Of a DNA stretch of 64,000 nt, positions 39,513-50,563 are shown piece after piece. Below the pieces are notes generated by a model, which saw only the letters and a list, made by a program, of their open reading frames with translations, did no database searches and was not told the DNA's origin. The first letter of the stretch is position 1. Every line of letters begins with the position of its first letter. Made by a program: the position numbers and the translations under genes. Source of the stretch: Bacillota bacterium (GTDB lineage: Bacteria > Bacillota > Clostridia > Acetivibrionales > DTU013); contig JAEZMD010000007.1 of NCBI GenBank assembly GCA_023435745.1, positions 106,738-170,737 of the forward strand. The letters are read 5' to 3'.

Positions 39513-39791
39513 TCATATGCAGCCTACGGTATATGTCCAATTTCCATTTATCTTTTTTGCCGTACAACCATTAAAATAGTACACACCATCTTCGCCGCGC
39601 CATTTACTGATATCAAAAGTGAATTGGTCAGCCTCGGTATTTGAGATTTCAATGATAAACAGTATCCCGGTTTCAAAACTCAGGTATTCTTTGTCTATAT
39701 AGCCTTGCTCGCTCAATTCATTATAAGTGCCGCGTGTCGCCTCCATTTCATAGAAACTGCCCAGTCGGTGAAAGCAGACCACGCTGATCAC
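39513..39791 (-). CDS. Orphan hypothetical ORF (possibly a truncated remnant)
   Basis: 92 aa with no recognisable motif. It sits in an AT-rich gap of about 0.9 kb. A GCCGG/CCGGC hairpin followed by a T7 run lies downstream at about 39337-39385. Confidence 0.3.
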   Translation of the reverse strand: MISVVCFHRLGSFYEMEATRGTYNELSEQGYIDKEYLSFETGILFIIEISNTEADQFTFDISKWRGEDGVYYFNGCTAKKINGNWTYTVGCI

Positions 39792-40024
39792 TTTTACAGT
39801 TTTAGGACTATATTAGCCTGGAATAAGCCCAATTTTATGGAAATTTGACTATAATATAGTCTTTATATAAGATAATTCTGTTCTAAAGTTGAAAAAAGGA
39901 GTAGTGCGGTTCCATAATCGTTTAAGATATTTGAGGTATTATATATCACTAACAGTACAATCCAATAACACCTGACATTTCTGTAAAATTCATAAGGTTT
40001 ACCCGCTTGAATCGTCTCCTCTTT

Positions 40025-40056
40025 TTCGCAAAAAAAGACCCGCAATATGCGGGTCT
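40025..40056 (-). terminator. groEL intrinsic terminator
   Basis: Stem AGACCCGC/GCGGGTCT (40036-40056). On the minus strand it is followed by TTTTTTTGCG. Confidence 0.8.
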
Positions 40057-40089
40057 CTTCATCTAGCAGTATTAGTACATATTATCGGT

Positions 40090-41724
<1,635 letters not shown>

Positions 41725-41774
41725 TTATGCCTCCTTATTAGCATTGATATTTAATTATTAAAGCCATGATGGAA

Positions 41775-42095
<321 letters not shown>

Positions 42096-42122
42096 TTAGC
42101 ACTCAAGCGAATTGAGTGCTAA
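42096..42122. promoter_or_regulatory. CIRCE element (HrcA operator)
   Basis: Perfect TTAGCACTC-N9-GAGTGCTAA directly upstream of groES. Confidence 0.95.
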
Positions 42123-42191
42123 TCACATTAATAATATAATATATTAACCAATTTGTAATCAAATATGCGTAATTGCCAAATTGTGCTGTTA

Positions 42192-42320
42192 TAAGCCGAT
42201 TATGGTTAATTATCTGGCTTTTTCACAGAATTTCACTGTTTTTTAATTATGCTCATTTCCTGTGATCCAATTCCTCATAGATTTCGTTAAGCGACATGCC
42301 TCTTTCTGAAAGGAGAACCA
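42192..42320. repeat. Direct-repeat copy A (orphan duplicate of the hisIE 3' end plus downstream flank)
   Basis: Aligns with 52659-52789. Roughly 85% identity by eye over the last 22 codons of hisIE plus about 30 nt of 3' flank, and weaker (roughly two thirds) over a further 45 nt. The longest identical runs are TTTTAATTATGCTCATTTCCT and TCGTTAAGCGACATGCCTCTTTC. Confidence 0.8.
42253..42320 (-). pseudogene. Detached hisE C-terminal fragment (...[17 protein letters not shown])
   Basis: The minus-strand translation matches the C-terminus of the intact HisIE ([17 protein letters not shown]). Upstream of residue about 22 the similarity is lost. It is embedded in a 40-codon ORF (42253-42375) with an unrelated N-terminus. 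Confidence 0.7.
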
Positions 42321-42453
42321 GACTCGGCCCTTTTATCGTAGCATCATTGTACTGGGCATAGGTAAGCCCTGTCATCTAAAAAACAGTTAGAGACCTCTTT
42401 TATAGATGACAGCAGCACCGTAATCAGTAATTTAGTCTTCAGCAGAACACTTC

Positions 42454-43563
42454 TCATATACCCTTTCTGCACTTGGAACAAGAAGCTTTACTAATAAAAT
42501 TCACCAGATCCTGCGCTTCATTCTGTGTCATGGAGTGATCCTTACAGACCAGCATAACGCCTCTGGGATCCAAAGCGCTGGTCAGAACCTCCACCTCGTG
42601 GGGCCAACAGCGAAGTACCAGACCCTTACCGGCTTTCTGTATTCTTTGAAGTACAGGAATAAAGTCTGTAATGGGGGGCTGACCGGCCACCGGTTGCCAC
42701 TGGATCATATTGAGTTTTGGTAAGGAGAGCAACATATCCAGATGGCGTATTTGCTCCTGTCCGTCCAGATGGTAGACTGAATGATCAAGCCAAGCCGTCG
42801 TCCTTTCAAGCTCTGGCATTACAAATCTCTCGAACATCTCAGGACTGAGCATTACAGAAAGGTCACACTGTAGCTGCATCATTTTGCCCGGCGACCAGAG
42901 GTTCATCCAACCGTGACAGGAACCTCCATCGCAGGTAGGTCGTAACAGATCTATAAATTGATCCCCGCTCCGAACAAGGGTGTCAACAGCTCCATTAATG
43001 TAATCACTTACTAAATCAGGTTCTGTTATCATTTCCATCATTAGGTTATCCGGGCCGATCAGTTGGGCAAGCATATCGATGGAGCCGCAGTTATCCGGCT
43101 GTGCTACTGAGTACAATCGGTCTGAAAGCTTCGCCAGACGCATAAGACAATTTCTTTCCTGCAGAAAAGCAGGGTTATTCTCGTCAAATTGAATAGGTAT
43201 GGCTGACAACGAATCAAACTTGGGGAAAAACCAAATAGTCTCCTTTTTATATACAATATCTATAGGATAGTATTTAACATGCCCTGCTGTCCCGCAAAAA
43301 GGAAACAGGGTAGGAAAGGCATCCCCTGCATAGTATTGATTGTTCAATGCATAGAGCGCCCGCTCATGCATGTATTCCGGGTCTGTATAATAGCTCTCCA
43401 ATTCGGTGGGGTCATCTGGCCTTTCAATACGGCTCGAATCCCACTTCTCCGGATCCAGCGGACCGGTTATGCAGATCCCAAACCTTTCCTCATAATCAAA
43501 ATTCCATATGGCCTCCATACGTTTTTTAAGCTTCTCCGGTAGGATTTCTCTATTTTTTTCCAT
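42454..43563 (-). CDS. Hypothetical cytoplasmic protein, possibly URO-D/methyltransferase-like TIM-barrel fold; function unknown
   Basis: 369 aa, last gene of the island's ABC operon. The family assignment rests only on my recollection of similar proteins next to sugar ABC transporters. Confidence 0.45.
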   Translation of the reverse strand: MEKNREILPEKLKKRMEAIWNFDYEERFGICITGPLDPEKWDSSRIERPDDPTELESYYTDPEYMHERALYALNNQYYAGDAFPTLFPFCGTAGHVKYYPIDIVYKKETIWFFPKFDSLSAIPIQFDENNPAFLQERNCLMRLAKLSDRLYSVAQPDNCGSIDMLAQLIGPDNLMMEMITEPDLVSDYINGAVDTLVRSGDQFIDLLRPTCDGGSCHGWMNLWSPGKMMQLQCDLSVMLSPEMFERFVMPELERTTAWLDHSVYHLDGQEQIRHLDMLLSLPKLNMIQWQPVAGQPPITDFIPVLQRIQKAGKGLVLRCWPHEVEVLTSALDPRGVMLVCKDHSMTQNEAQDLVNFISKASCSKCRKGI

Positions 43564-43585
43564 AGTATTCTCGCTCCTATTCTCT

Positions 43586-44422
43586 TTATTCTTTCACTCC
43601 ACCATGCATGATTCCTCCAAGTATATTCTTCTGAAAGACAAGCACCATAAGGATTAATGGAATAACAATCACGGCAGCGGCAGCTGAAATAGTACCAAAG
43701 GGCAATACAAGTGTTGTCTGATACAGCGTCATACCCACTACCACAGTACGGTGAGAAGTGTGCTGATTAAACACCTGCGAGAATAGGTACTGGTTCCAAG
43801 CGCTAATAAATACCAATATATTAATTGAAAATATTCCAGTTTTAATCATTGGAAGCAAAATGTCCACAAACATATGGAACATATTGCAACCCTCCAGCTC
43901 GGCACTCTCCTCAATGGAGACGGGAATGGACTTGAAAAGCGCTGTCATGAACCAGATCACCATGGGGAGATCACAAACCGCACAAACAAGCGCCAACCCG
44001 ATATAGCTGTTCAGTAATCCCACAGTGCTGAATATACGGAAGAGCGGGTTAATTATGGTTATGGGTGGTAGAAGGGCAATTGCCAATATAAATATTAGAA
44101 ATAGCTTTTTAAAACGAATGTTTGTACGCGTCAATGCGTATGATGCAAGTGCGCCGCAAACGGTACATATTACCAGTACGATGATTGTGACCACTGCGCT
44201 GTTAAACAGGTAGAGCAGTAGCGGCTGCATGGTAAACGCCTCAATGTAGTTATCCAGCACGAGCCTACTGGGCAATAGCCTTGGAGGAACACTGCTGATA
44301 TCTATTTCAGGCATCAGGGAGTTTGTAAACATAAAAAAAACCGGAAAGCCCATTGTAATAAAAAAAGCAGAAAGTAATAATATGAACAATACACGATTCA
44401 AAATTTTTGCCCGTCTCTTCAT
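43586..44422 (-). CDS. Carbohydrate/glycerophosphodiester ABC transporter permease
   Basis: 278 aa, MalG/UgpE-like, with the loop IEESAELEGCN. Confidence 0.9.
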   Translation of the reverse strand: MKRRAKILNRVLFILLLSAFFITMGFPVFFMFTNSLMPEIDISSVPPRLLPSRLVLDNYIEAFTMQPLLLYLFNSAVVTIIVLVICTVCGALASYALTRTNIRFKKLFLIFILAIALLPPITIINPLFRIFSTVGLLNSYIGLALVCAVCDLPMVIWFMTALFKSIPVSIEESAELEGCNMFHMFVDILLPMIKTGIFSINILVFISAWNQYLFSQVFNQHTSHRTVVVGMTLYQTTLVLPFGTISAAAAVIVIPLILMVLVFQKNILGGIMHGGVKE

Positions 44423-44424
44423 TT

Positions 44425-45303
44425 TTATTCTACCACCTTCGTTTTTAGGCTACCCACAAAAAACAGGCTGATCCCCATAGCAATCATCAGCATAATCACT
44501 GCCAGCGCTGAGCCGTATCCTAAGTTACCATAAGTGAAATACGTGTTAATCGTATACATTGATAATGTCTCGGTACCTCCTGCAGGCCCCCCTGAGGTAA
44601 TGGAAACGATAAGGTCATACACCCTAAGAGCAGAGATAATCCTGAACATAAGCGCTACCATCATTGCTGGCTTGATCATCGGCAGCGTGATGTGCCAGAA
44701 TGATTGCCACCGACCCGCACCGTCTATTTTAGCTGCCTCATAGTAGTATTCAGAGACCATCAGCATCCCGGATAACAGTAACAGAGCCATATAAGGAGTA
44801 GTCTTCCATATGTCCGCCACCAGCAATGCCAGCCTTGAGGTCGGAATCTTATCCAGCCAGTGAACGGCTTCAGGTATCAATCCCAGACTCAATAAAAGAT
44901 GATTGATAATTCCACTCCGGTTGAAAAACTGCTTCCATAGCACACCTGAAACAATAGTGGGTATAACCCAAGGGATCAAAACTGTAGTACGAATTATTCC
45001 CTGTCCTGGAAGCTGCTGCTTCATCAACAGTGCAAGTAGCATACCAATGAATAGCTCAAAGGCAACGGAAATGGAGGTGAACCCCAGTGTCCATCGGACG
45101 GTTGTCCAAAAATGTGCGTCGTTTATGGCTCTGACATAGTTGTTCAAGCCATTGAACTGCATGCCCTGCGTCCATGTTTGTGTTCTGAAATCAAAAAAGC
45201 TTGTATAAATCGTACTGCATACCGGATAAAGGATCAGCAGCACTATAAACAGCATGCTGGGTAACATGAAAAAGTAGCCCAACCTGTTCTTCCTTTTTAA
45301 CAT
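44425..45303 (-). CDS. Carbohydrate/glycerophosphodiester ABC transporter permease
   Basis: MalF/UgpA-like with the loop YYEAAKIDGAG. The ATG at 45303 (MLKRKNRLGYFFMLP) is preceded by GAGGTG; the 49-aa track extension is unlikely. Confidence 0.9.
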   Translation of the reverse strand: MLKRKNRLGYFFMLPSMLFIVLLILYPVCSTIYTSFFDFRTQTWTQGMQFNGLNNYVRAINDAHFWTTVRWTLGFTSISVAFELFIGMLLALLMKQQLPGQGIIRTTVLIPWVIPTIVSGVLWKQFFNRSGIINHLLLSLGLIPEAVHWLDKIPTSRLALLVADIWKTTPYMALLLLSGMLMVSEYYYEAAKIDGAGRWQSFWHITLPMIKPAMMVALMFRIISALRVYDLIVSITSGGPAGGTETLSMYTINTYFTYGNLGYGSALAVIMLMIAMGISLFFVGSLKTKVVE

Positions 45304-45454
45304 ACGTATCACCTCAACAGTAGTAACTCTGCGGGCCCACAATCTGACAGGAACCGCTAGACAAGGATGGACGGCATTCACCGCATACGATTGGATAAAA
45401 TCTTGGCGATTTGCCGTCCATAGCTTATCAAACATTAGCAGTTGTTTCAATTGC

Positions 45455-46783
45455 TTATTTCAGTAACTGCTCAATTTTGGTCTTGATATTGGCGGCTGCC
45501 TCTGCAGGCGTCTTGACATCACTCAACACGCTGTGGATCTCAAGCTGCAGTATAGCAGAGAGTTCTGCGTAGTAAGGTGTTCTTGGACGGGGCTTGGTTG
45601 CATACATAGCAGCTTTCAAATCCTTGATAACCGGGTATTTTGTAAGGCATTCAGGATCATCGTAGAGCGGAATATATGATGGATTATTAAGCTTGAAATT
45701 CATGATAACATCCTTTTGCACTTCAGAACTAGCACGGAACATTGCAAATTTAACAGCAGCATCGACATTCTTTGAATAAGCCGAGATCATCGCACCCCAG
45801 CCCCCGAGTGCGCTTGCGCTCGATCCACTTGTTCCCGCCGGTAACGCAGCCAACTCAACTTTACCAGCTACTTTGGATTTTTCAGGATCGTTATACTGGC
45901 TGTATGCACTGGACCAGTCCCGGGTAAAGATGACATTTCCACTAAACATCTCATTACGTAATTCAGTATTTCCGAAGGTCGTGATGCCCTCGCACGCTAT
46001 CTTGTCGGTATAAATCATATCATACATCATTTGCAGGGAGCTCTCGATCTCAGCCGTCTTGATATCAGGTTCAGAATTTTCGTTGACAATGTCCCCTCCG
46101 TTAGCCCATATGATTTCCAGCGCACTACAGGTAAGGCCTTCGAACTGTTTCCAGATGGATCCAAAACCACGCAGCGCGGGATCTTTCTCTGCATCCATGA
46201 TCTCCTTACTGGTGACAATGAGATCCTCCCAGGTTGTTGGAACACGTTTATTGTATTTATCCAGCAGATCACTTCTATAGAATAGGACACCGCCGTCTAC
46301 ATAGAATGGCAGACCATATGTTACCCCCTTATACGTGAATGCATCGAGGCCACCTGGCATATAGTCTTTCAACTGCTCCCTGGATACCAGCTCATCCCAG
46401 GGCAGGACCCATTTTGCGCCAGCGAAAACGGGCGCCCAAGCCACATCAGCAACGAACACATCAATAGAGGAATCACCTGCTTGCAGTACTGTGTTGATTG
46501 TCTTCAGCTTGTCATCGGAGGCATCAGGCAGTTCAACTAGCCTGACCTTAATCCCAGGATTCTGCTCCTCAAAGGCTGTAATAAATTTGGACTCCATTCC
46601 CTTATCATCAACAAATCCATAATAGTTAATGGTCACCGGCTCAGCGTTTTCACTTGTGTTTGGGCTGTTCACCTTTGATCCCGCATCAGTTTGATCAGTT
46701 ACGGAACTTCCAGCACAGCCCGTGAGAATTACAAATATCATCACCGTACATAACAACATGTAATACAATTTCTTATTCTTCAC
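45455..46783 (-). CDS. Extracellular solute-binding lipoprotein
   Basis: 442 aa with signal peptide and lipobox LTGCAG; SBP family 1. Confidence 0.9.
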   Translation of the reverse strand: MKNKKLYYMLLCTVMIFVILTGCAGSSVTDQTDAGSKVNSPNTSENAEPVTINYYGFVDDKGMESKFITAFEEQNPGIKVRLVELPDASDDKLKTINTVLQAGDSSIDVFVADVAWAPVFAGAKWVLPWDELVSREQLKDYMPGGLDAFTYKGVTYGLPFYVDGGVLFYRSDLLDKYNKRVPTTWEDLIVTSKEIMDAEKDPALRGFGSIWKQFEGLTCSALEIIWANGGDIVNENSEPDIKTAEIESSLQMMYDMIYTDKIACEGITTFGNTELRNEMFSGNVIFTRDWSSAYSQYNDPEKSKVAGKVELAALPAGTSGSSASALGGWGAMISAYSKNVDAAVKFAMFRASSEVQKDVIMNFKLNNPSYIPLYDDPECLTKYPVIKDLKAAMYATKPRPRTPYYAELSAILQLEIHSVLSDVKTPAEAAANIKTKIEQLLK

Positions 46784-46805
46784 TTAATTCCCTCCTCCAA
46801 TCTAT

Positions 46806-46820
46806 TTGACCTACGTGTCC
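46806..46820. promoter_or_regulatory. TACGTGTC-containing site (third, degenerate copy) upstream of the island SBP gene
   Basis: TTGACCTACGTGTCC lies 23 nt upstream of the SBP start and shares the TACGTGTC core with 47856 and 48047. Confidence 0.35.
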
Positions 46821-46991
46821 GCTCAGAAAGTCGCATATGCAGATTTTGGCGGATCCCTGGTATTTATAACAATTGAAGCATTTGCTTCACACTGTTATGT
46901 TGAAACGGGAGATATGCTCACCTCCTGTTTTGGGTAATCGGTACCCGCCACCTATTTAAGTGGGGCGGGGGCCCATTTTGTTGCCTCGTTA

Positions 46992-47831
46992 TTACATTGC
47001 ACGCTGCTTGAGAAAGCTGGCAAGAAGTCCTGGCCAGTCGGTCTGTATGATCCTAAAGCCCTTATCAATTAACCACCCCCATCCATTATCAGGATCTACA
47101 AACAACGATGTGTAATCATCATGCCCTGCACTCAGCCGCTTGTAATCATTCAAATTAATAGCATTTGCCCAGAGTTGAATATTCCGCCTTTTGAGTTTTT
47201 CAAGAATATCTGGAGCCAGTAGTGGACTGTCATCATTTTCGAATATCAGCTCCGCCGCAATTATGTTCAGCCTGCTTGTACAGGCCTGCTCCAGCTCGGT
47301 GATTGTTTTTACGATAGGCATATAACAAAAAGGTTTTTCCATTTCCTCTATGACTTGTATGTATTTCTTCACCACTGGTGATTTGATAATCACCTGGTCA
47401 AGCATATTATGACGTTCCACTGTGCGAAGTACTATATCCATACTATCCCAGCAACGATCCAGGTTAATAACCGCTCGACCCTTAAAATGTTCCAGGACTG
47501 TATCAAGCTTTTCAATGGGCTGTCCTATCTCAGCACTATTGCTGTTTCGGTAGCGTAAAGCGCCAATCTCGGCATATGTCATTTGTTTTACATTGGCAGG
47601 CTTTGTCAGCAGCCTCCCTTCCATGCCATCGTGAATCAATACTGGTACGTCGTCTGCAGTAGTAGCTATATCCGCTTCAATAATATGTGAACCATGCATA
47701 AGAGCGACTTCAAAGGCTTTTATGGTGTTTTCAATAATATTCCCACCTGAACAGCCTCGATGTGCCGCAATTAGCACTCCTTCCCCATTCAGAATCTCTT
47801 CAACCGTTATCACTATTATTACCCCTTTCAT
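46992..47831 (-). CDS. Glycerophosphodiester phosphodiesterase family protein
   Basis: AAHRGCSGGNIIENTIKAFEVAL...IEADI...VLIHDG matches the GDPD HRG/ENT/E-D/HD pattern. Confidence 0.8.
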   Translation of the reverse strand: MKGVIIVITVEEILNGEGVLIAAHRGCSGGNIIENTIKAFEVALMHGSHIIEADIATTADDVPVLIHDGMEGRLLTKPANVKQMTYAEIGALRYRNSNSAEIGQPIEKLDTVLEHFKGRAVINLDRCWDSMDIVLRTVERHNMLDQVIIKSPVVKKYIQVIEEMEKPFCYMPIVKTITELEQACTSRLNIIAAELIFENDDSPLLAPDILEKLKRRNIQLWANAINLNDYKRLSAGHDDYTSLFVDPDNGWGWLIDKGFRIIQTDWPGLLASFLKQRAM

Positions 47832-47855
47832 TTTATGTTAATTATACGCTGCATA

Positions 47856-47869
47856 TTGGTACGTGTCAA
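47856..47869. promoter_or_regulatory. Candidate LacI-type operator TTGGTACGTGTCAA
   Basis: Imperfect palindrome around a central ACGT (10 of 14 positions symmetric), 25 nt upstream of the GDPD start. Confidence 0.45.
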
Positions 47870-48046
47870 TAATTATTTCATTACTTTTTTGCCTACTGAT
47901 TCCGGTTTGCTTCAGGTCAGAGGTTCTGCCTTGGAGGTATTGTGTAATAAAAGAAACATCACCAGAATGAAGCTTAGAGAGCTGTAGTCAGAGCGCGGAT
48001 ATGCAACCCAGGTGTTTTCTACGTTTTTACTATAAACCTAATAAGT

Positions 48047-48060
48047 TTGGTACGTGTCAG
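48047..48060. promoter_or_regulatory. Candidate LacI-type operator TTGGTACGTGTCAG
   Basis: 13 of 14 positions identical to the 47856 site, in the divergent intergenic region upstream of the fusion-regulator gene. Confidence 0.45.
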
Positions 48061-48245
48061 TTTATTTATGCCCGTTTTTTGAAATAATGCTTGTATTTCA
48101 TCCTATGTACAGCTATTTATGGTATGGATTCTATAAATTTATTATAAATGCGTTTTGAACGTTTTAATTTTTGACAAATGTATATTGTTAATATCGAAAA
48201 AAACTGTTATGATATCCATAAAATTAGGAGTAGAGGTGTTCATGA

Positions 48246-50435
48246 ATGGCAACAATCAAGGATCTGGCAAGAGTTGCGGGTGTATCCCATGGGACAGTGT
48301 CCAACGTGCTCAATGGCCGAGGAAATGTCAGCAGCGAGAAGATCCAAAAGGTGGAGGAAGCCGCCCAAGCTTTAGGCTATACCGTCAACGAGAGAGCAAA
48401 GCTGTTGCGAAAAGGTATTTCTAACATCATCGCAATCATCATACCAGATATATTTGACCGAAAATATCACGACTTTTACCTTAGCTTTAGTGGGTATGCT
48501 CATGAGCATGGCTACAAGACAAATCTGTACGTTACCGGAGATATTCCGGAGCGTGAGACAGAGATCATCGGGGAACTAAAGTCTAATATGATCTGTGCCG
48601 TCGTCACCTTTTCCAGCCTTCCAAATAAGCAGGATCTTTACAGTGCATACGGTTTTGAAGGATCCAATATCATCTTTGTAGAACGCAGGCCCCCTTTTGA
48701 CTGCAATTTTATTGGATATGAATATACTCTATGTGGGGAGGAATTGGCGAAGCTCGCTCTGGAAAAACGTTATAAAAACATCACCCTGGTGACGGAGTAT
48801 GCTCACTTCTCGAATATAAAGGAGCTCTACGGCTCTTTTTCGAGCATAGTTTCTTCCAGTAATTCCTGTAGCTTCAAACATGTTGAGACGGATTTTCAAC
48901 GGTGTAATCATAACGCTATGCAGATTTTCAACGCTGTCCCGCCTCCCGAGGCCATTTTTTGCTCAAGCTTTTCTCTTGCACAAATCATAAAGAACATCTG
49001 GCAGGCCTTTTTTTCAGACATTTCCATCAAGCTGTATACAGTATCCTCCACCTTCACCATACCGCAGGTTGATTTTGATATGTGCTATGAACTGGATTAC
49101 CGATTGATGGGCAGAACTGCCGCAGAAAGCCTTATCCGTCATATAAAGGGTAAAACTACTCGAACCGAACAGATCACTTTGGAGAACGTTGGTTTTCTTG
49201 ACTGGTTTCAAGCTCCGGGTATCTCCGGTCGGGAACACTCTCATCTTACGTTGCTTACCCTTGAAAGCCCAGCAACGCTTGCACTTAAAAGTCTTAGCCG
49301 CATCTATACCGAGCGTACCGGTACTGAGATCAAGATTGTTTCCTTTCCATACGACGGGCTTTTTGAAGCGATTGACAATATTGGCACCTCAAATGCGTTC
49401 GATATTATTCGTTTTGATGTCACCTGGCTGCCCTGGTTTGCAGAGAAGTTACTGATTCCCCTAAAATCTCTTGACCCCAACATCCAGAATCTATTTTCCA
49501 CATTCCTTCCCGGAATCGCGCAGAATTTCTCTTATGTAAACGGAACGCTTTACACCCTTCCCGAAACCCCCAGTATCATGATGATGTTCTATCGCCGCGA
49601 CCTTTTTGAGAATACCGGACTGCGCAGGATTTACAGAGAACAGTATAATGAGGATCTTGAAATTCCCAAGGACTTTGCAAGTTACAATCGCATCGCCCGC
49701 TTCTTTACGCAGAAATTTAACAAGGCTTCTCAGGTAGAATACGGTACCACACTGACGTTAGGCACCCCAGCAGTGGCAGCAACAGAGTATCTAACCCGAT
49801 ATTTCAGTCTGACCAGAGATCTAATCGGGCAAGATGATCGTCTGCTGCTTACCGATGAAAATGCGATGAAGGCGGCCGTTCTGTTGCAGGAGGCCGGTGA
49901 TTATGCACGGCCTTTGAATAACAATTGGTGGTCCGGCACGGCAAAAGAGTTTGCTGACGGCAATGTCGCAATGGCACTTCTCTTCACTAACTATGCTTCC
50001 AATATTATCGGTTACGACTCCAAAGTCATCAACAAAATCGGCTATGCCCCTGTTCCAGGTGGTAGCCCACTGGTAGGCGGCGGGGTACTAGGTATCTCCA
50101 AAAGGAGCGCTCATGCACAGGAAGCACTGGAGTACATGAAATGGCTCAACAGCGAAGCTGTTAGCGGGGCTATGTCGCTGCTGGGAAATTTGTCTCCATG
50201 CAGCAAGACATATCAGAATTACGAGGTTCTTGACATCTATCCATGGCTTTCTCTTGCTAAAGACTGTTTTGCAAAATCCCGCAATAATCGGATGCCCCAT
50301 AGGACGTCAAAGCCATTTGATCAGCGAAAGCTGATGAATATCATTGGCATGGCAGTGAACCATATTTTTATAAAGGCAATGGCACCCAAGGAGGCACTTG
50401 AATATGCAATGGAGGCATTCAGCCGTTCTTTCTGA
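48246..50435 (+). CDS. Three-module regulator: LacI HTH + LacI-type PBP1 domain + C-terminal ABC solute-binding-protein (SBP family 1)-like domain
   Basis: 729 aa. MATIKDLARVAGVSHGTVSNVLNGRGNVSSEKIQKVEEAAQALGYTVNERAKLLRKG is the HTH. Residues about 60-320 are LacI-sensor-like. Residues about 325-729 (LTLLTLESPATLALKSL...FDVTWLPWFAEK...MMMFYRRDLFE) look like an extracytoplasmic SBP but have no signal peptide. Confidence 0.75.
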   Translation: MATIKDLARVAGVSHGTVSNVLNGRGNVSSEKIQKVEEAAQALGYTVNERAKLLRKGISNIIAIIIPDIFDRKYHDFYLSFSGYAHEHGYKTNLYVTGDIPERETEIIGELKSNMICAVVTFSSLPNKQDLYSAYGFEGSNIIFVERRPPFDCNFIGYEYTLCGEELAKLALEKRYKNITLVTEYAHFSNIKELYGSFSSIVSSSNSCSFKHVETDFQRCNHNAMQIFNAVPPPEAIFCSSFSLAQIIKNIWQAFFSDISIKLYTVSSTFTIPQVDFDMCYELDYRLMGRTAAESLIRHIKGKTTRTEQITLENVGFLDWFQAPGISGREHSHLTLLTLESPATLALKSLSRIYTERTGTEIKIVSFPYDGLFEAIDNIGTSNAFDIIRFDVTWLPWFAEKLLIPLKSLDPNIQNLFSTFLPGIAQNFSYVNGTLYTLPETPSIMMMFYRRDLFENTGLRRIYREQYNEDLEIPKDFASYNRIARFFTQKFNKASQVEYGTTLTLGTPAVAATEYLTRYFSLTRDLIGQDDRLLLTDENAMKAAVLLQEAGDYARPLNNNWWSGTAKEFADGNVAMALLFTNYASNIIGYDSKVINKIGYAPVPGGSPLVGGGVLGISKRSAHAQEALEYMKWLNSEAVSGAMSLLGNLSPCSKTYQNYEVLDIYPWLSLAKDCFAKSRNNRMPHRTSKPFDQRKLMNIIGMAVNHIFIKAMAPKEALEYAMEAFSRSF

Positions 50436-50470
50436 ACGGATATACCATACGAAACGGCTTTTACGGTAAC

Positions 50471-50513
50471 TAAATAATATTCATTCCATTAATATTCTAA
50501 TGAATATTATTTA
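50471..50513. promoter_or_regulatory. 15-bp perfect inverted repeat TAAATAATATTCATT-N13-AATGAATATTATTTA
   Basis: Seen in the sequence between the regulator stop (50435) and the MFS start (50564). It could be a terminator-like hairpin or an operator for RpiR. Confidence 0.4.
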
Positions 50514-50563
50514 CCTTTGGTTGCTCTTGTGTTACAATTGATTAATTCAAGGGGGACCGCCGT

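Noticed and set aside
39863-40045. 60-aa minus-strand ORF upstream of the groEL terminator
   Set aside because: It overlaps the groEL terminator hairpin, has AT-rich biased composition, and has no RBS.
44425-45450. 341-aa version of the second island permease, and the 10-bp inverted repeat ATGGACGGCA/TGCCGTCCAT in its 5' extension
   Set aside because: The extension has no membrane-protein character. A good RBS and ATG at 45303 give a canonical permease N-terminus. The inverted repeat is probably an intra-operon mRNA-stabilising stem after the SBP gene and is not a feature of special interest.
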